From positions 30,493-94,492 of the forward strand of contig JACPZA010000029.1 in NCBI GenBank assembly GCA_016195715.1: a DNA stretch of 64,000 nt. The letters run 5' to 3'. How positions within the stretch are numbered: the first letter of the stretch is position 1; every line of letters starts with the position of its first letter. Below the pieces are notes generated by a model. That model searched no databases. It worked only from the letters and a program-made list of their open reading frames with translations, and was not told the DNA's origin. Origin of the DNA: Candidatus Daviesbacteria bacterium. GTDB taxonomy: Bacteria; Patescibacteriota; Microgenomatia; Daviesbacterales; UBA10151. The translations under genes and the position numbers were made by a program. Below, in pieces: positions 17,732 through 26,154 of this stretch.

Positions 17732-18720
17732 TGAATGCTAACAAGGCTTTCTGTATTCTCCTTGTAAGTTTTAGTGTTGCCCTAGTAGGTTTGATAACAA
17801 TTCTGTATAAATCACTTCCACTAGCCATTGCAAATGCTATTTATGTTTGTCAGAAAACTTTTACTAGTGCAGTAACCTTACCTCATTCAATACCTTTTAC
17901 CCTAAGCCTTATTACAGTAATAATATTAACAATTGGCCTTTTAACTCTGTGGATCCAAATACTAAAAACTAGATTATATATAAAAAGAACTATCGGAAAG
18001 AAAGTTTTTTTACCTAATTCAGTTAAGAAAATTGCCGGTGAGCTTAATTTAAATGGCAGGATTGATGTTATTAAAGACAAAAATAGATTCTCCTTTTGCT
18101 ATGGAATAATTAGACCTAGGATTTGTTTAAGTACCGGATTTATAAAAGTTCTTAATAATGAAGAATTAAAGGCAGTGTTGCTTCATGAAAGTTACCACTT
18201 AAGAAATTATGACCCGCTAAAAATTGTAATTGGTAGGGCAGCATCTAGAATGCTCTTTTTTATACCAGCCCTAGGGGATATTCAGAAGTACTACGCTTTA
18301 TCTAAGGAAATTGCAGCTGATAATATGACTATTAAAAATACTGGAAAACAACCTATCCTTAGTTCATTATCAAAACTTATCACGTTAAACAATCCTAAAT
18401 TTAGTGGTGTAGCAGCTTTTGCCAGCTCAGATGATTTGGAGATGAGAATAAAATATCTTACAGGATTACAAAATACAGTTTTATTTAGATCTTCAATTTT
18501 TAGTATCTTTCTATCGATTATTGTAATTTTGTTTTCAGTATTTATTTTAAACGCTCCTGTACATGCAATGGGTTTGAATAACCAATCGATGAATACCTTG
18601 TATTGTGTATGTCCGTATGATGATCGTTGCTCAGGAGAGTGCCAAGATAGGCTAAAGACAAGAGAACAAAATTTCAGTGAGTTTAGACCATATACATCAG
18701 CAGAGGGAGCGTTAAAGTGA
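17731..18720 (+). CDS. M56 family (BlaR1-like) membrane metallopeptidase
   Basis: FCYGIIRPRI, HESYH (HExxH), EIAAD; follows blaI-like gene. Confidence 0.88.
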   Translation: MNANKAFCILLVSFSVALVGLITILYKSLPLAIANAIYVCQKTFTSAVTLPHSIPFTLSLITVIILTIGLLTLWIQILKTRLYIKRTIGKKVFLPNSVKKIAGELNLNGRIDVIKDKNRFSFCYGIIRPRICLSTGFIKVLNNEELKAVLLHESYHLRNYDPLKIVIGRAASRMLFFIPALGDIQKYYALSKEIAADNMTIKNTGKQPILSSLSKLITLNNPKFSGVAAFASSDDLEMRIKYLTGLQNTVLFRSSIFSIFLSIIVILFSVFILNAPVHAMGLNNQSMNTLYCVCPYDDRCSGECQDRLKTREQNFSEFRPYTSAEGALK

Positions 18721-19787
18721 AGAATCAACTTATTATAGTAGCAATAATAATTGCAGCAATCTTAGGAGGGTTTGCCCTTTTTTCTAATAAGCAGAATGAG
18801 CGCAGCTCTTCTTCGAATAACTCTTCAAAAACTAGTGGAACTCAAGCTCAAAATGTATCTACTACAAATCAAGATGAATCAGTTTCAGAAAATGCTATTT
18901 ACGGCCATGTTCATGCACTAATAATGAATCCCTCTGATAACAGTTTGCTTTTGGGTACTCACGATGGTTTATTTAAAAGTGTAGATCAGGGCAAAACTTT
19001 TCAAAAGATTGAAACAAAAGGTGATGTAAATGCTATGGATTTTATGAATTTTGTTTATGATCCAAATACTAAAACACTATTTGCTGGAGGACATGATTTA
19101 GGAGTTATTAAAAGCATGGATGGTGGCATAACCTGGTCTAAGGCAGACTCAGGAATTAAAGGGGCGGATATTCATGCCTTGGCAATGAACCCACTAGATA
19201 CCACAAAATTGTATGCTTTTTCAGTTGGTAATGGTGTTTTTGGTAGCAAGGATGGAGCAAAAAGTTGGTATAGAATTGATGATGGCCCAGACAACCCATC
19301 AACTAGAGCTTTTGGTTATATGGGAACTCCTTCAAGTATGGATCGTGGTATGAAAACAGATAAAACTACTAATATTGGTTATCTTTGGGCAGGGACTGGT
19401 GGAGGTTTATATAGCTCATTTGCCTGTTTCTGCGGTTGGACTAAAACTACTGGAATTTCAGACAATGCCACAATTTATACTTTAGCTCCTGATCCTGCTA
19501 ATCGCTCGTCTATGCTTGCAGGCACTAAAGATGGCATTTTTAAAACAACTGATGAAGGGAAAACCTTTACTCAAGTAAATAGCAATATTAAAAATGTTGC
19601 AGCAATTACTTTTGATGAGTCCAATCCTAAAACAATTTATGCAGCAACCTCAGATGGCCTTCTTTATAGAAGTGTTGATGGTGGTCAGAAATGGGATAAG
19701 GTAAATGGGATAAGCAAAGCTTGCCTTTTGCTATCGCAAAACGTGGGTTTTTTAAGTCTTGTAGGCATTGCCTCAATCCTTGGGTAA
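18717..19787 (+). CDS. Exported BNR/YCF48-like beta-propeller protein (C-terminus probably extended by a frameshift)
   Basis: Repeated SxDxGxTW/F Asp-boxes; HVHAL, THDGLF, GGHD. Confidence 0.8.
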   Translation: MKNQLIIVAIIIAAILGGFALFSNKQNERSSSSNNSSKTSGTQAQNVSTTNQDESVSENAIYGHVHALIMNPSDNSLLLGTHDGLFKSVDQGKTFQKIETKGDVNAMDFMNFVYDPNTKTLFAGGHDLGVIKSMDGGITWSKADSGIKGADIHALAMNPLDTTKLYAFSVGNGVFGSKDGAKSWYRIDDGPDNPSTRAFGYMGTPSSMDRGMKTDKTTNIGYLWAGTGGGLYSSFACFCGWTKTTGISDNATIYTLAPDPANRSSMLAGTKDGIFKTTDEGKTFTQVNSNIKNVAAITFDESNPKTIYAATSDGLLYRSVDGGQKWDKVNGISKACLLLSQNVGFLSLVGIASILG

Positions 19788-19936
19788 TAGGAGTGATTAT
19801 TGTAGTGGTTATTGGCTTATTAATTCTTGTACCAATAATTGGAGTGGCCAGCTTGATAGTTGCCTTACCTCTAGTTGGTTGTACTGTCATGTGTGGCGCA
19901 ATGGCTTTTATGATGCGGGGTAAAAAAGATCATTGA
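19721..19936 (+). CDS. Small Cys/Met-rich membrane protein (natural ATG at 19705 is out of frame by 1 nt)
   Basis: CRHCLNP, two TM segments, CTVMCGAMAFMM. Confidence 0.6.
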   Translation: MPFAIAKRGFFKSCRHCLNPWVIGVIIVVVIGLLILVPIIGVASLIVALPLVGCTVMCGAMAFMMRGKKDH

Positions 19937-19970
19937 CAAAATAAAAATTATCTACTACATTAAGTAGTAG
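19933..19970 (+). promoter_or_regulatory. Promoter with second BlaI/CopY-type operator
   Basis: TTGACA-N17-TACATT overlapped by CTACTAC-N5-GTAGTAG (19952-19970), which ends at ATG 19971. Confidence 0.8.
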
Positions 19971-20501
19971 ATGAGAACTGAGACAAAGATTGTTGGTGGA
20001 GTTGTATTAGCAACCATTATTATTCTTGTTGGCGGTGTATGGCTACTTAGTTCTCAGGGAGTTAAAGAACAGACTAAACTGAGTAAACCACTGATGGGAG
20101 AGGCAATAGCTGATCAAGGTGGAGGTCATGTAGCAGATGGCACACTGGTCCAATATAACTCAAATCCGCCAACTTCAGGCCAGCATTACGCAAACCCTCA
20201 ACCAGCTGGTATTTATGATAAACCAGTTCCCGATGGAAATTTAGTTCATAGTTTAGAACATGGTGCAGTTATACTTTGGTATAAATCAGATACTCCAGCC
20301 ACACAAAGTGCACAACTTAAATCAATCTTTAGTAGTGTCTCTGTAAGTAAAAAAATAATAGTCCCTAGGGATAATCTAGATGTGCTAGTTGCTTTAACTT
20401 CCTGGGGTAGATTATTAAAGTTCCAAACGATAGATGAGAATCAAATCAGAGCTTTTATGGAGACAAATGAGGATCGAGGACCAGAGAAAGCACCACTTTA
20501 A
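19971..20501 (+). CDS. DUF3105 family membrane-anchored protein
   Basis: YNSNPPTSGQH, VHSLEHGAVILWY, ALTSWG. Confidence 0.85.
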   Translation: MRTETKIVGGVVLATIIILVGGVWLLSSQGVKEQTKLSKPLMGEAIADQGGGHVADGTLVQYNSNPPTSGQHYANPQPAGIYDKPVPDGNLVHSLEHGAVILWYKSDTPATQSAQLKSIFSSVSVSKKIIVPRDNLDVLVALTSWGRLLKFQTIDENQIRAFMETNEDRGPEKAPL

Positions 20502-20505
20502 AAAA

Positions 20506-21297
20506 ATGACTACACCAGAACATAATCAACAATCAGGCATCAGAATTAATTTATTTATCTCCACGCCAATAGCCATTTTAATAGGCTCAATAATAATTTC
20601 TTTAGCCATCCTTGTTAATGGTGGAATAATTAGATTTAAAGACTCAGTTGCTACTAAATCATCAACTACACAAGCAGCTCAAACTCCAACCCAGCCAACT
20701 CAACAAGCTCCGCAAGCACCAACAGGTCCTGTTAAAGTAGCTTCAGCAGATGCACCTGTTTTAGGAAACAAAGATGCTCCTGTTACCTTAATTGAGTTTT
20801 CTGATTATGAATGCCCTTTTTGTAAAAGGTCATTTGACCAGCTTCTTCCAGAGCTTAAGAAAAACTACATAGATAGTGGCAAGTTAAAGCTGGTTTATAG
20901 AAATCTGCCACTGCCTTTCCATCAGAATGCTCACAAAGAGGCTGAGGCAGCTTTGTGTGCCAGGGATCAGGGAGGGGATGCTACCTACTTTAAGTTCCAT
21001 GATCAGATCTTTACAAAGACAACCTCCAATGGAACAGGGTTAGCACTTGATCAATTGCCTATCATTGCCGCAAGCATCGGCTTAAATGTTTCTCAATTTC
21101 AACAATGCCTCGATTCAGGCAAATACAAAGATTATGTTGATAAGGATATAACTTATGCTGAAAAAGTTGGTGCTAATGGCACTCCCACCTGGTTTGTTGG
21201 GAAATCCACTGCTGATGGCAATATTGATGGACAGATTATCGTAGGAGCGCAACCATTCAGTGCATTTCAACCAACAATTGATAATTTGCTAAAATAA
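20506..21297 (+). CDS. DsbA-family thioredoxin
   Basis: EFSDYECPFC, GTPTWF, GAQP; N-terminal TM anchor. Confidence 0.9.
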   Translation: MTTPEHNQQSGIRINLFISTPIAILIGSIIISLAILVNGGIIRFKDSVATKSSTTQAAQTPTQPTQQAPQAPTGPVKVASADAPVLGNKDAPVTLIEFSDYECPFCKRSFDQLLPELKKNYIDSGKLKLVYRNLPLPFHQNAHKEAEAALCARDQGGDATYFKFHDQIFTKTTSNGTGLALDQLPIIAASIGLNVSQFQQCLDSGKYKDYVDKDITYAEKVGANGTPTWFVGKSTADGNIDGQIIVGAQPFSAFQPTIDNLLK

Positions 21298-21302
21298 ACT
21301 AT

Positions 21303-22376
21303 ATGAATCTTTGGGTTATATTTATTACAGGACTGACTTTAGGTAGTTTAACCTGTCTGGCAGTTCAAGGGGGGCTTCTTGCTTCAATAATTACTGCCAG
21401 AGAGGAGGGAGATTTAGAGGAAGGAAGGAATAAGCAAAGCTTGCCACTTCGCGGTAAAAACCATACTGTCTTTCCAACCCTAGCCTTTTTAACCACCAAA
21501 CTTATTTCTTATACAATCTTAGGTTTTATTTTAGGAGCTTTTGGTGGAGTATTAAATATTAGCCCTAATATTCAAATAATCATGCAATTTATCGCAGGAC
21601 TGTATATGGTAGCTGTAGCTTTAAATCTTCTTAATGTCCACCCTATTTTTAGATATGCAATTATCCAGCCACCACGTTTCTTAACTAGAATGGTAAGAAA
21701 CCAATCTAAATCTAAGGATCTTTTTGCTCCAGCACTTCTTGGTGCCATGACAATCTTTATTCCTTGTGGAACTACTTTGGCAATGGAAACTCTGGCTATC
21801 AGTAGTGCCAATGCCTTTTTAGGAGCCTCTATTATGTTTGTTTTTATACTGGGAACCTCACCACTCTTTTTTGGGGTAGGATGGTTGACTACTGTTTTGG
21901 GAGATAATTTTAGGGAAAGATTCTTAAAAATAGCTGCCTTTGCTGTTTTATATCTTGGAATTACCTCAATTAATGGAGCCTTAATCGCAGGAGGATCCTC
22001 AATTACCCTACAAACACTCACTGATGCCATACCTATTGAGATTAATTTAAGTGGTAATGGTGGGGAAGCTCAAGCAGCTGCACCTGATACAGGGGTTAGA
22101 ACAGAGGGTGGAGTTCAAACAGCAGACATTCAAGTAAGTGGATATGGATACACTCCAAATTATATACAGGTAAAGGCTGGCACGCCAGTTAAGCTGAATC
22201 TTTCCAATAGTGGTGGATTGGGCTGCACATCCGTTTTCCGGGTTCCACAAATGGGAATAACGAAAACTTTAACATTAGGTGGTACCGACACAGTCGAGTT
22301 CACCCCACAAAATCCAGGAAAACTCACATTTAGCTGTTCAATGGGAATGTATAGAGGAACAATAGAGGTGATATGA
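21303..22376 (+). CDS. Sulfite exporter TauE/SafE (DsbD_2)-cupredoxin fusion
   Basis: TCLAVQGG, FIPCG; C-terminal GCTS...FSCSMGMYRG. Confidence 0.88.
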   Translation: MNLWVIFITGLTLGSLTCLAVQGGLLASIITAREEGDLEEGRNKQSLPLRGKNHTVFPTLAFLTTKLISYTILGFILGAFGGVLNISPNIQIIMQFIAGLYMVAVALNLLNVHPIFRYAIIQPPRFLTRMVRNQSKSKDLFAPALLGAMTIFIPCGTTLAMETLAISSANAFLGASIMFVFILGTSPLFFGVGWLTTVLGDNFRERFLKIAAFAVLYLGITSINGALIAGGSSITLQTLTDAIPIEINLSGNGGEAQAAAPDTGVRTEGGVQTADIQVSGYGYTPNYIQVKAGTPVKLNLSNSGGLGCTSVFRVPQMGITKTLTLGGTDTVEFTPQNPGKLTFSCSMGMYRGTIEVI

Positions 22377-22397
22377 GGCAAAGCTTCTAATTTCATT

Positions 22398-22613
22398 ATG
22401 AGTAAAGTAGTTAAGAAAAAATTAAAGATTGAAGGAATGCACTGCACTAGCTGTGCAATGAATATTGATTTTGATTTAGAAGATTTAGGCGTTAAAAGTG
22501 CCAAAACCAGTTATGCTAAACAAGAATGTGAAGTGGAGTTTGATGAAGAAAAAGTAAAGGAAGAAACTATTATCAAAACTATTGAGAAAACAGGCTATAA
22601 AGCTTTCCAATAA
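22398..22613 (+). CDS. Heavy-metal-associated (CopZ-like) chaperone
   Basis: IEGMHCTSC...IEKTGY. Confidence 0.9.
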   Translation: MSKVVKKKLKIEGMHCTSCAMNIDFDLEDLGVKSAKTSYAKQECEVEFDEEKVKEETIIKTIEKTGYKAFQ

Positions 22614-22704
22614 GAATAATTTACTACGATAGACTCATTCTTTGAATATTTCATAGCTAACCCATAGTTTATTTCCTTCTGCATTTATGTTATACTGTCC
22701 ATAT

Positions 22705-22923
22705 ATGGCTACTATTAAAAACGTTAGAAAAGAAATCGGAGGTAGAATCAAAAAAATTAGGGAAGGGAAAGAATTTACCCAAGAAGAAGTGGCTGAAAAG
22801 GCTGGAATGAAGGCAAACTACTATGCCAAAATTGAGCGTGGAATGTATGGTAGTGCTCCGGAAAAATTATATGCAATTGCTAAGGCTTTAGGCGTAGATA
22901 TTTCAGAAATTTTTCCTTCTTAA
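22705..22923 (+). CDS. XRE-family HTH regulator
   Basis: RIKKIR...TQEEVAEKAG...YAKIERG...IAKALGV; TGTTATACT just upstream of ATG 22705. Confidence 0.88.
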   Translation: MATIKNVRKEIGGRIKKIREGKEFTQEEVAEKAGMKANYYAKIERGMYGSAPEKLYAIAKALGVDISEIFPS

Positions 22924-23243
22924 TTCTGATTAGCCTTTTCAATTCTTTTTAAAGCTCTCATTCTCTCAATAGTTTCAATTGTTTCTTTATATTTTTCTTC
23001 TCCTCCTGTTATTGCTGAAAGGTAAACCATTCCAAATTCAATTCCATACTTATTAGTGTAATATTGACTTAGTTTTGCATAAGAATCCTGGCCGCTAAGA
23101 GATTCCTTCTTAACTTCTTTTATAAATTTGGCATCTATTGGTGGAATTTCATTTACAAAAGCGAGCTCAATCAAGTTTTTCTCATCTTGACTTAGCTTAA
23201 ATTTATCTTCTGGTAATATTTTCACTTTTGCTTTATCATTCAT
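22920..23243 (-). CDS. Hypothetical protein at right end of element
   Basis: 107-aa ORF starting 10 nt after the stop of the displaced recombinase tail. Confidence 0.65.
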   Translation of the reverse strand: MNDKAKVKILPEDKFKLSQDEKNLIELAFVNEIPPIDAKFIKEVKKESLSGQDSYAKLSQYYTNKYGIEFGMVYLSAITGGEEKYKETIETIERMRALKRIEKANQN

Positions 23244-23253
23244 ATGGGCTCAA

Positions 23254-23394
23254 TTATACAATATCATCTGAAATGTCTGGATTGCTGGGCTTTACACCAT
23301 AAGCTTCCATCAGTTTAAAGAGCCAGGCTAGGATTTTTTCAGTGATTTCATCCTGATTTTGTGCCTGTGGTTCGATGGTATTAACACTGAGGAC
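23254..23394 (-). other. Displaced 3' end (46 codons + TAA) of the serine recombinase gene
   Basis: Open frame VLSVNTIEPQ...ILAWLFKLMEAYGVKP...DDIV* beginning at the att core, in frame with 11223-12746 after circularisation. Confidence 0.75.
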
Positions 23395-23442
23395 CCTTTG
23401 GTATAGTTTGATATTATAAGCATCTTACCTTATACTCGTCTT

Positions 23443-23709
23443 ATGATTGAAAAATTAATACCCTGTCCACTGGATCCTACTCAAGATTGTCCAACTATAT
23501 GCCCTTTACGTGATTTCTCAGAGGAAGTAGTAGCTGGATTAATCAGCTTTACCAACCCCCAAAATCCTGGATTAGGAGTAAGAGAAAGTTTAACAAGTTA
23601 TGGTTCAAAAGGCATAAGGGTAAATTACAGATTAAGCCAGTTCAAAAGCCTACATGATTTAATTCCCGTTGAAACATGTCACTACTATCCCAATAATCCT
23701 CAGTCTTAA
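23443..23709 (+). CDS. Small Cys-containing hypothetical protein
   Basis: CPLDPTQDCPTICP; TTGATA-N17-TATACT ends 6 nt before ATG. Confidence 0.6.
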   Translation: MIEKLIPCPLDPTQDCPTICPLRDFSEEVVAGLISFTNPQNPGLGVRESLTSYGSKGIRVNYRLSQFKSLHDLIPVETCHYYPNNPQS

Positions 23710-24308
23710 CTGATCTTACTTGGGTACAAGCTAAATAGTGTCTTCAGACTTTTATAATAAGGTTCTGCTAATTTCTTATATTCTTTGAAAAATATCTTAT
23801 TATTTATATCTCTTTCTATTTTCTTAAGGACCCAAGCCTTATAAGTATTTAAATCTTTATTTTCAAATAGATAGTGATTCCAGCACACTACCAAATAAAA
23901 ATCTGTACTAAAATGAGCGAAAGCATCTGCTGTTGCTAATACTTTTGCTTCAATATGTTCTGGCTCTTTACCATCATACATTCCATGACCATGAATAATT
24001 TTATCTACAATAAAAATTATCTTATCTTCAGAGTAACCAGCTTCTTTTAAAACTTTTCTTGCCTCGGATTCACTTTTCTCATCCAAATCTGGGTCAAATT
24101 TGTCAGTCCAAGCATAAGCCAAATCATGTAAATAAGCAGCAGCTATGGTACTTTCTTTGTCAAATTTAGATTTCTTTGAAATATCTTCAACCCAAGCAGC
24201 AACAACTTTAAGATGACCTTCAAGAATCCAAGAATTCCAGTCTATTACTGGATTTTTCTTAGCATATAATCCCTCAACAATTTTAATAACTTTATTAAGT
24301 TTATCCAT
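23706..24308 (-). CDS. HD domain protein
   Basis: GHLKVV, AAYLHD, HGH, TADAFAH. Confidence 0.85.
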   Translation of the reverse strand: MDKLNKVIKIVEGLYAKKNPVIDWNSWILEGHLKVVAAWVEDISKKSKFDKESTIAAAYLHDLAYAWTDKFDPDLDEKSESEARKVLKEAGYSEDKIIFIVDKIIHGHGMYDGKEPEHIEAKVLATADAFAHFSTDFYLVVCWNHYLFENKDLNTYKAWVLKKIERDINNKIFFKEYKKLAEPYYKSLKTLFSLYPSKIS

Positions 24309-24336
24309 TTAGGTAAGTATATCAAATGATCCTATC

Positions 24337-24367
24337 TGGGCACGAACTGCATCCAACCAGTCACCCC
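24337..24367 (+). repeat. att-like repeat copy 1
   Basis: TGGGCACGAACTGCATCCAACCAGTCACCCC. Confidence 0.6.
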
Positions 24368-24372
24368 TACAT

Positions 24373-24990
24373 TTAAGGATAGACTAGTTGTCGGTAACCA
24401 CTAGAATCCATTAATTCATTCAGAGTTTTAAATTCATAGCCCCTGTTTCTCAACTCAGGTATTATCCGATCTAAGGCTCTTACTGATGCAGTTCTTGTCC
24501 CTCTACCATTAGCTAGACCTTCATGTAAAACAATTATGGAACTTTTCCCAACTCCTTCTAACACTCTCCTTACTACAGTATCCGTAGAAATTCCAGGAAA
24601 GCAGTCGCCTACTCGTAAAGCTTGCATAGTTGGAGCAATAGCAAATCCTGCACCATATAATTTATCTAAAAGCCAAGGTGGTGACATTCCATAAGGTGAT
24701 CTAAATACTTTAGGAACTGGACCAACTAAAGCTTCTATTAATTCTTGAGTTCTTTGCGTTTCCTCAAATATTTTCCCAAAAACAGTGGAGAGAAACTGGT
24801 GTCCAAAACTGTGGTTTCCAATACTATGACCTGCTAGATGAGTTTCTCTTACTACCTCAGGATGTCTTCGTACATTTTTGCCCACAACAAAAAAAGTAGC
24901 AGGAACTCCAAATTTGTCTAGCCTCTCCAAAACAGCACGAGTATGTAATGGATGAGGACCATCATCAAAAGTAAGTGCAACTTCAGGCAT
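24373..24990 (-). CDS. Polysaccharide deacetylase (NodB/CE4)
   Basis: ALTFDDGP, GNHSFGH, FRSPYG, IIVLHE. Confidence 0.92.
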   Translation of the reverse strand: MPEVALTFDDGPHPLHTRAVLERLDKFGVPATFFVVGKNVRRHPEVVRETHLAGHSIGNHSFGHQFLSTVFGKIFEETQRTQELIEALVGPVPKVFRSPYGMSPPWLLDKLYGAGFAIAPTMQALRVGDCFPGISTDTVVRRVLEGVGKSSIIVLHEGLANGRGTRTASVRALDRIIPELRNRGYEFKTLNELMDSSGYRQLVYP

Positions 24991-25031
24991 GGTTGAAATT
25001 ATAGCAGGAATAATAGTTGTTTGAGTTTATT

Positions 25032-25056
25032 TAGGCACAAACTAAATCCAGCCACC
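25032..25056 (+). repeat. att-like repeat copy 2
   Basis: TAGGCACAAACTAAATCCAGCCACC. Confidence 0.6.
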
Positions 25057-25070
25057 ATAGCTATATTTTG

Positions 25071-25748
25071 TCACAATTGACTTTTCTCTAAGTGACGAAT
25101 ACGAAATAAAATGAGAAATATCAGTATAGCCAAACCTAATAAATAGGCTGCTATTACATCAGAGAACCAATGTACATGCAAGTAGATACGTGAAGGACCA
25201 ACTAAGAGAATAATGAAGCTAAGTCCTGTGATAATAGTACGTTTTAACCAAGCTTTTTTAATATAAAGGAACGTGAGAAATATTAAGTAACCAAAAAATA
25301 CAATATAAGACACAGTGTGACCTGATGGATAACAAGTTTCTTGTAATGCCAATCTTTGGATAAGTGGTATATAAAATGATTCTTTCTGGGTTATAACATT
25401 TGAATAATACGTGTTAGGACATTGTATTTCAAAGATAGGTTTTAATAATAATTCTGCGGTTGTCCAACCAGAAAAACTAGCTAAAAGCATTAGGATTTCA
25501 AACCTTTGCTTTCTTCGTTTAAACCAGAAAATCAGTAAGGTAATTACTCCAAGAAGTGGAAGGTATAAGTTAGCTATAAATCTTGAAGAGTAATAGAAAA
25601 AACTACTTTTTGAATAAGGTAGCGTTTGGTCTATATATTTATCAATTGGTAAAAAAAGCCCTTTTATAACCAGGATGGTGAGTATAAAAAAGCCTATTAA
25701 GAAAAAACTAGCTAATGCTAAAAAAATATTTTTCTTTGATTGAATCAT
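25071..25748 (-). CDS. PAP2-family membrane phosphatase
   Basis: YPSGH, SRIYLHVHWFSDV. Confidence 0.9.
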   Translation of the reverse strand: MIQSKKNIFLALASFFLIGFFILTILVIKGLFLPIDKYIDQTLPYSKSSFFYYSSRFIANLYLPLLGVITLLIFWFKRRKQRFEILMLLASFSGWTTAELLLKPIFEIQCPNTYYSNVITQKESFYIPLIQRLALQETCYPSGHTVSYIVFFGYLIFLTFLYIKKAWLKRTIITGLSFIILLVGPSRIYLHVHWFSDVIAAYLLGLAILIFLILFRIRHLEKSQL

Positions 25749-25891
25749 CCCCCCAATTATACATATTTATAAAGTTTCTAAACTCCCTAGAGGTTGCTTT
25801 AGAAGGCTCTAACTGTTAGTATGTAAGCACTCTCATTCTCTTCCGTGGATAATTCACTCAACAGAATGTACCTTAGAAAGGTGGTTTTTGC

Positions 25892-26146
25892 GTGGTTAAA
25901 TTATTTATTGCTAGGATCCCCTACTTAATGACTAACCAAACTCTTTTACACTTGTTTGCAAAGTTTGGTGATGTCCATTCTGCTAAGATATCAATTAATA
26001 GTACTTCTGGAGAAAGCCGTGGTTGTGGATATGTTGAAATGGAACATCAATCTGAAGCGCAAATAGCTATAAAAGAACTTAATGGTTTTGCGATTGAAGG
26101 ACGAAATATTGCAGTCTCACAAGCTGTATCTTATATCAAAAAATAA
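25892..26146 (+). CDS. RRM RNA-binding protein
   Basis: KLFIARIP RNP2, SRGCGYVEM RNP1, ELNG...GRNIAVSQA. Confidence 0.88.
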   Translation: MVKLFIARIPYLMTNQTLLHLFAKFGDVHSAKISINSTSGESRGCGYVEMEHQSEAQIAIKELNGFAIEGRNIAVSQAVSYIKK

Positions 26147-26154
26147 TTAACTTT

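Larger units (their letters stand above)
11239..23397. mobile_element. Integrative element in tRNA-His 3' end (large serine recombinase; copper/thiol-redox cargo)
   Basis: Shared ACCCT at 11239-11243 and 23393-23397; joined ends give the palindrome CACTGAGG-AC-CCTCAGTG and extend the recombinase ORF in frame. Confidence 0.8.

Noticed and set aside
11239-23397. Prophage or conjugative element
   Set aside because: No structural, terminase, relaxase or T4SS genes are present.
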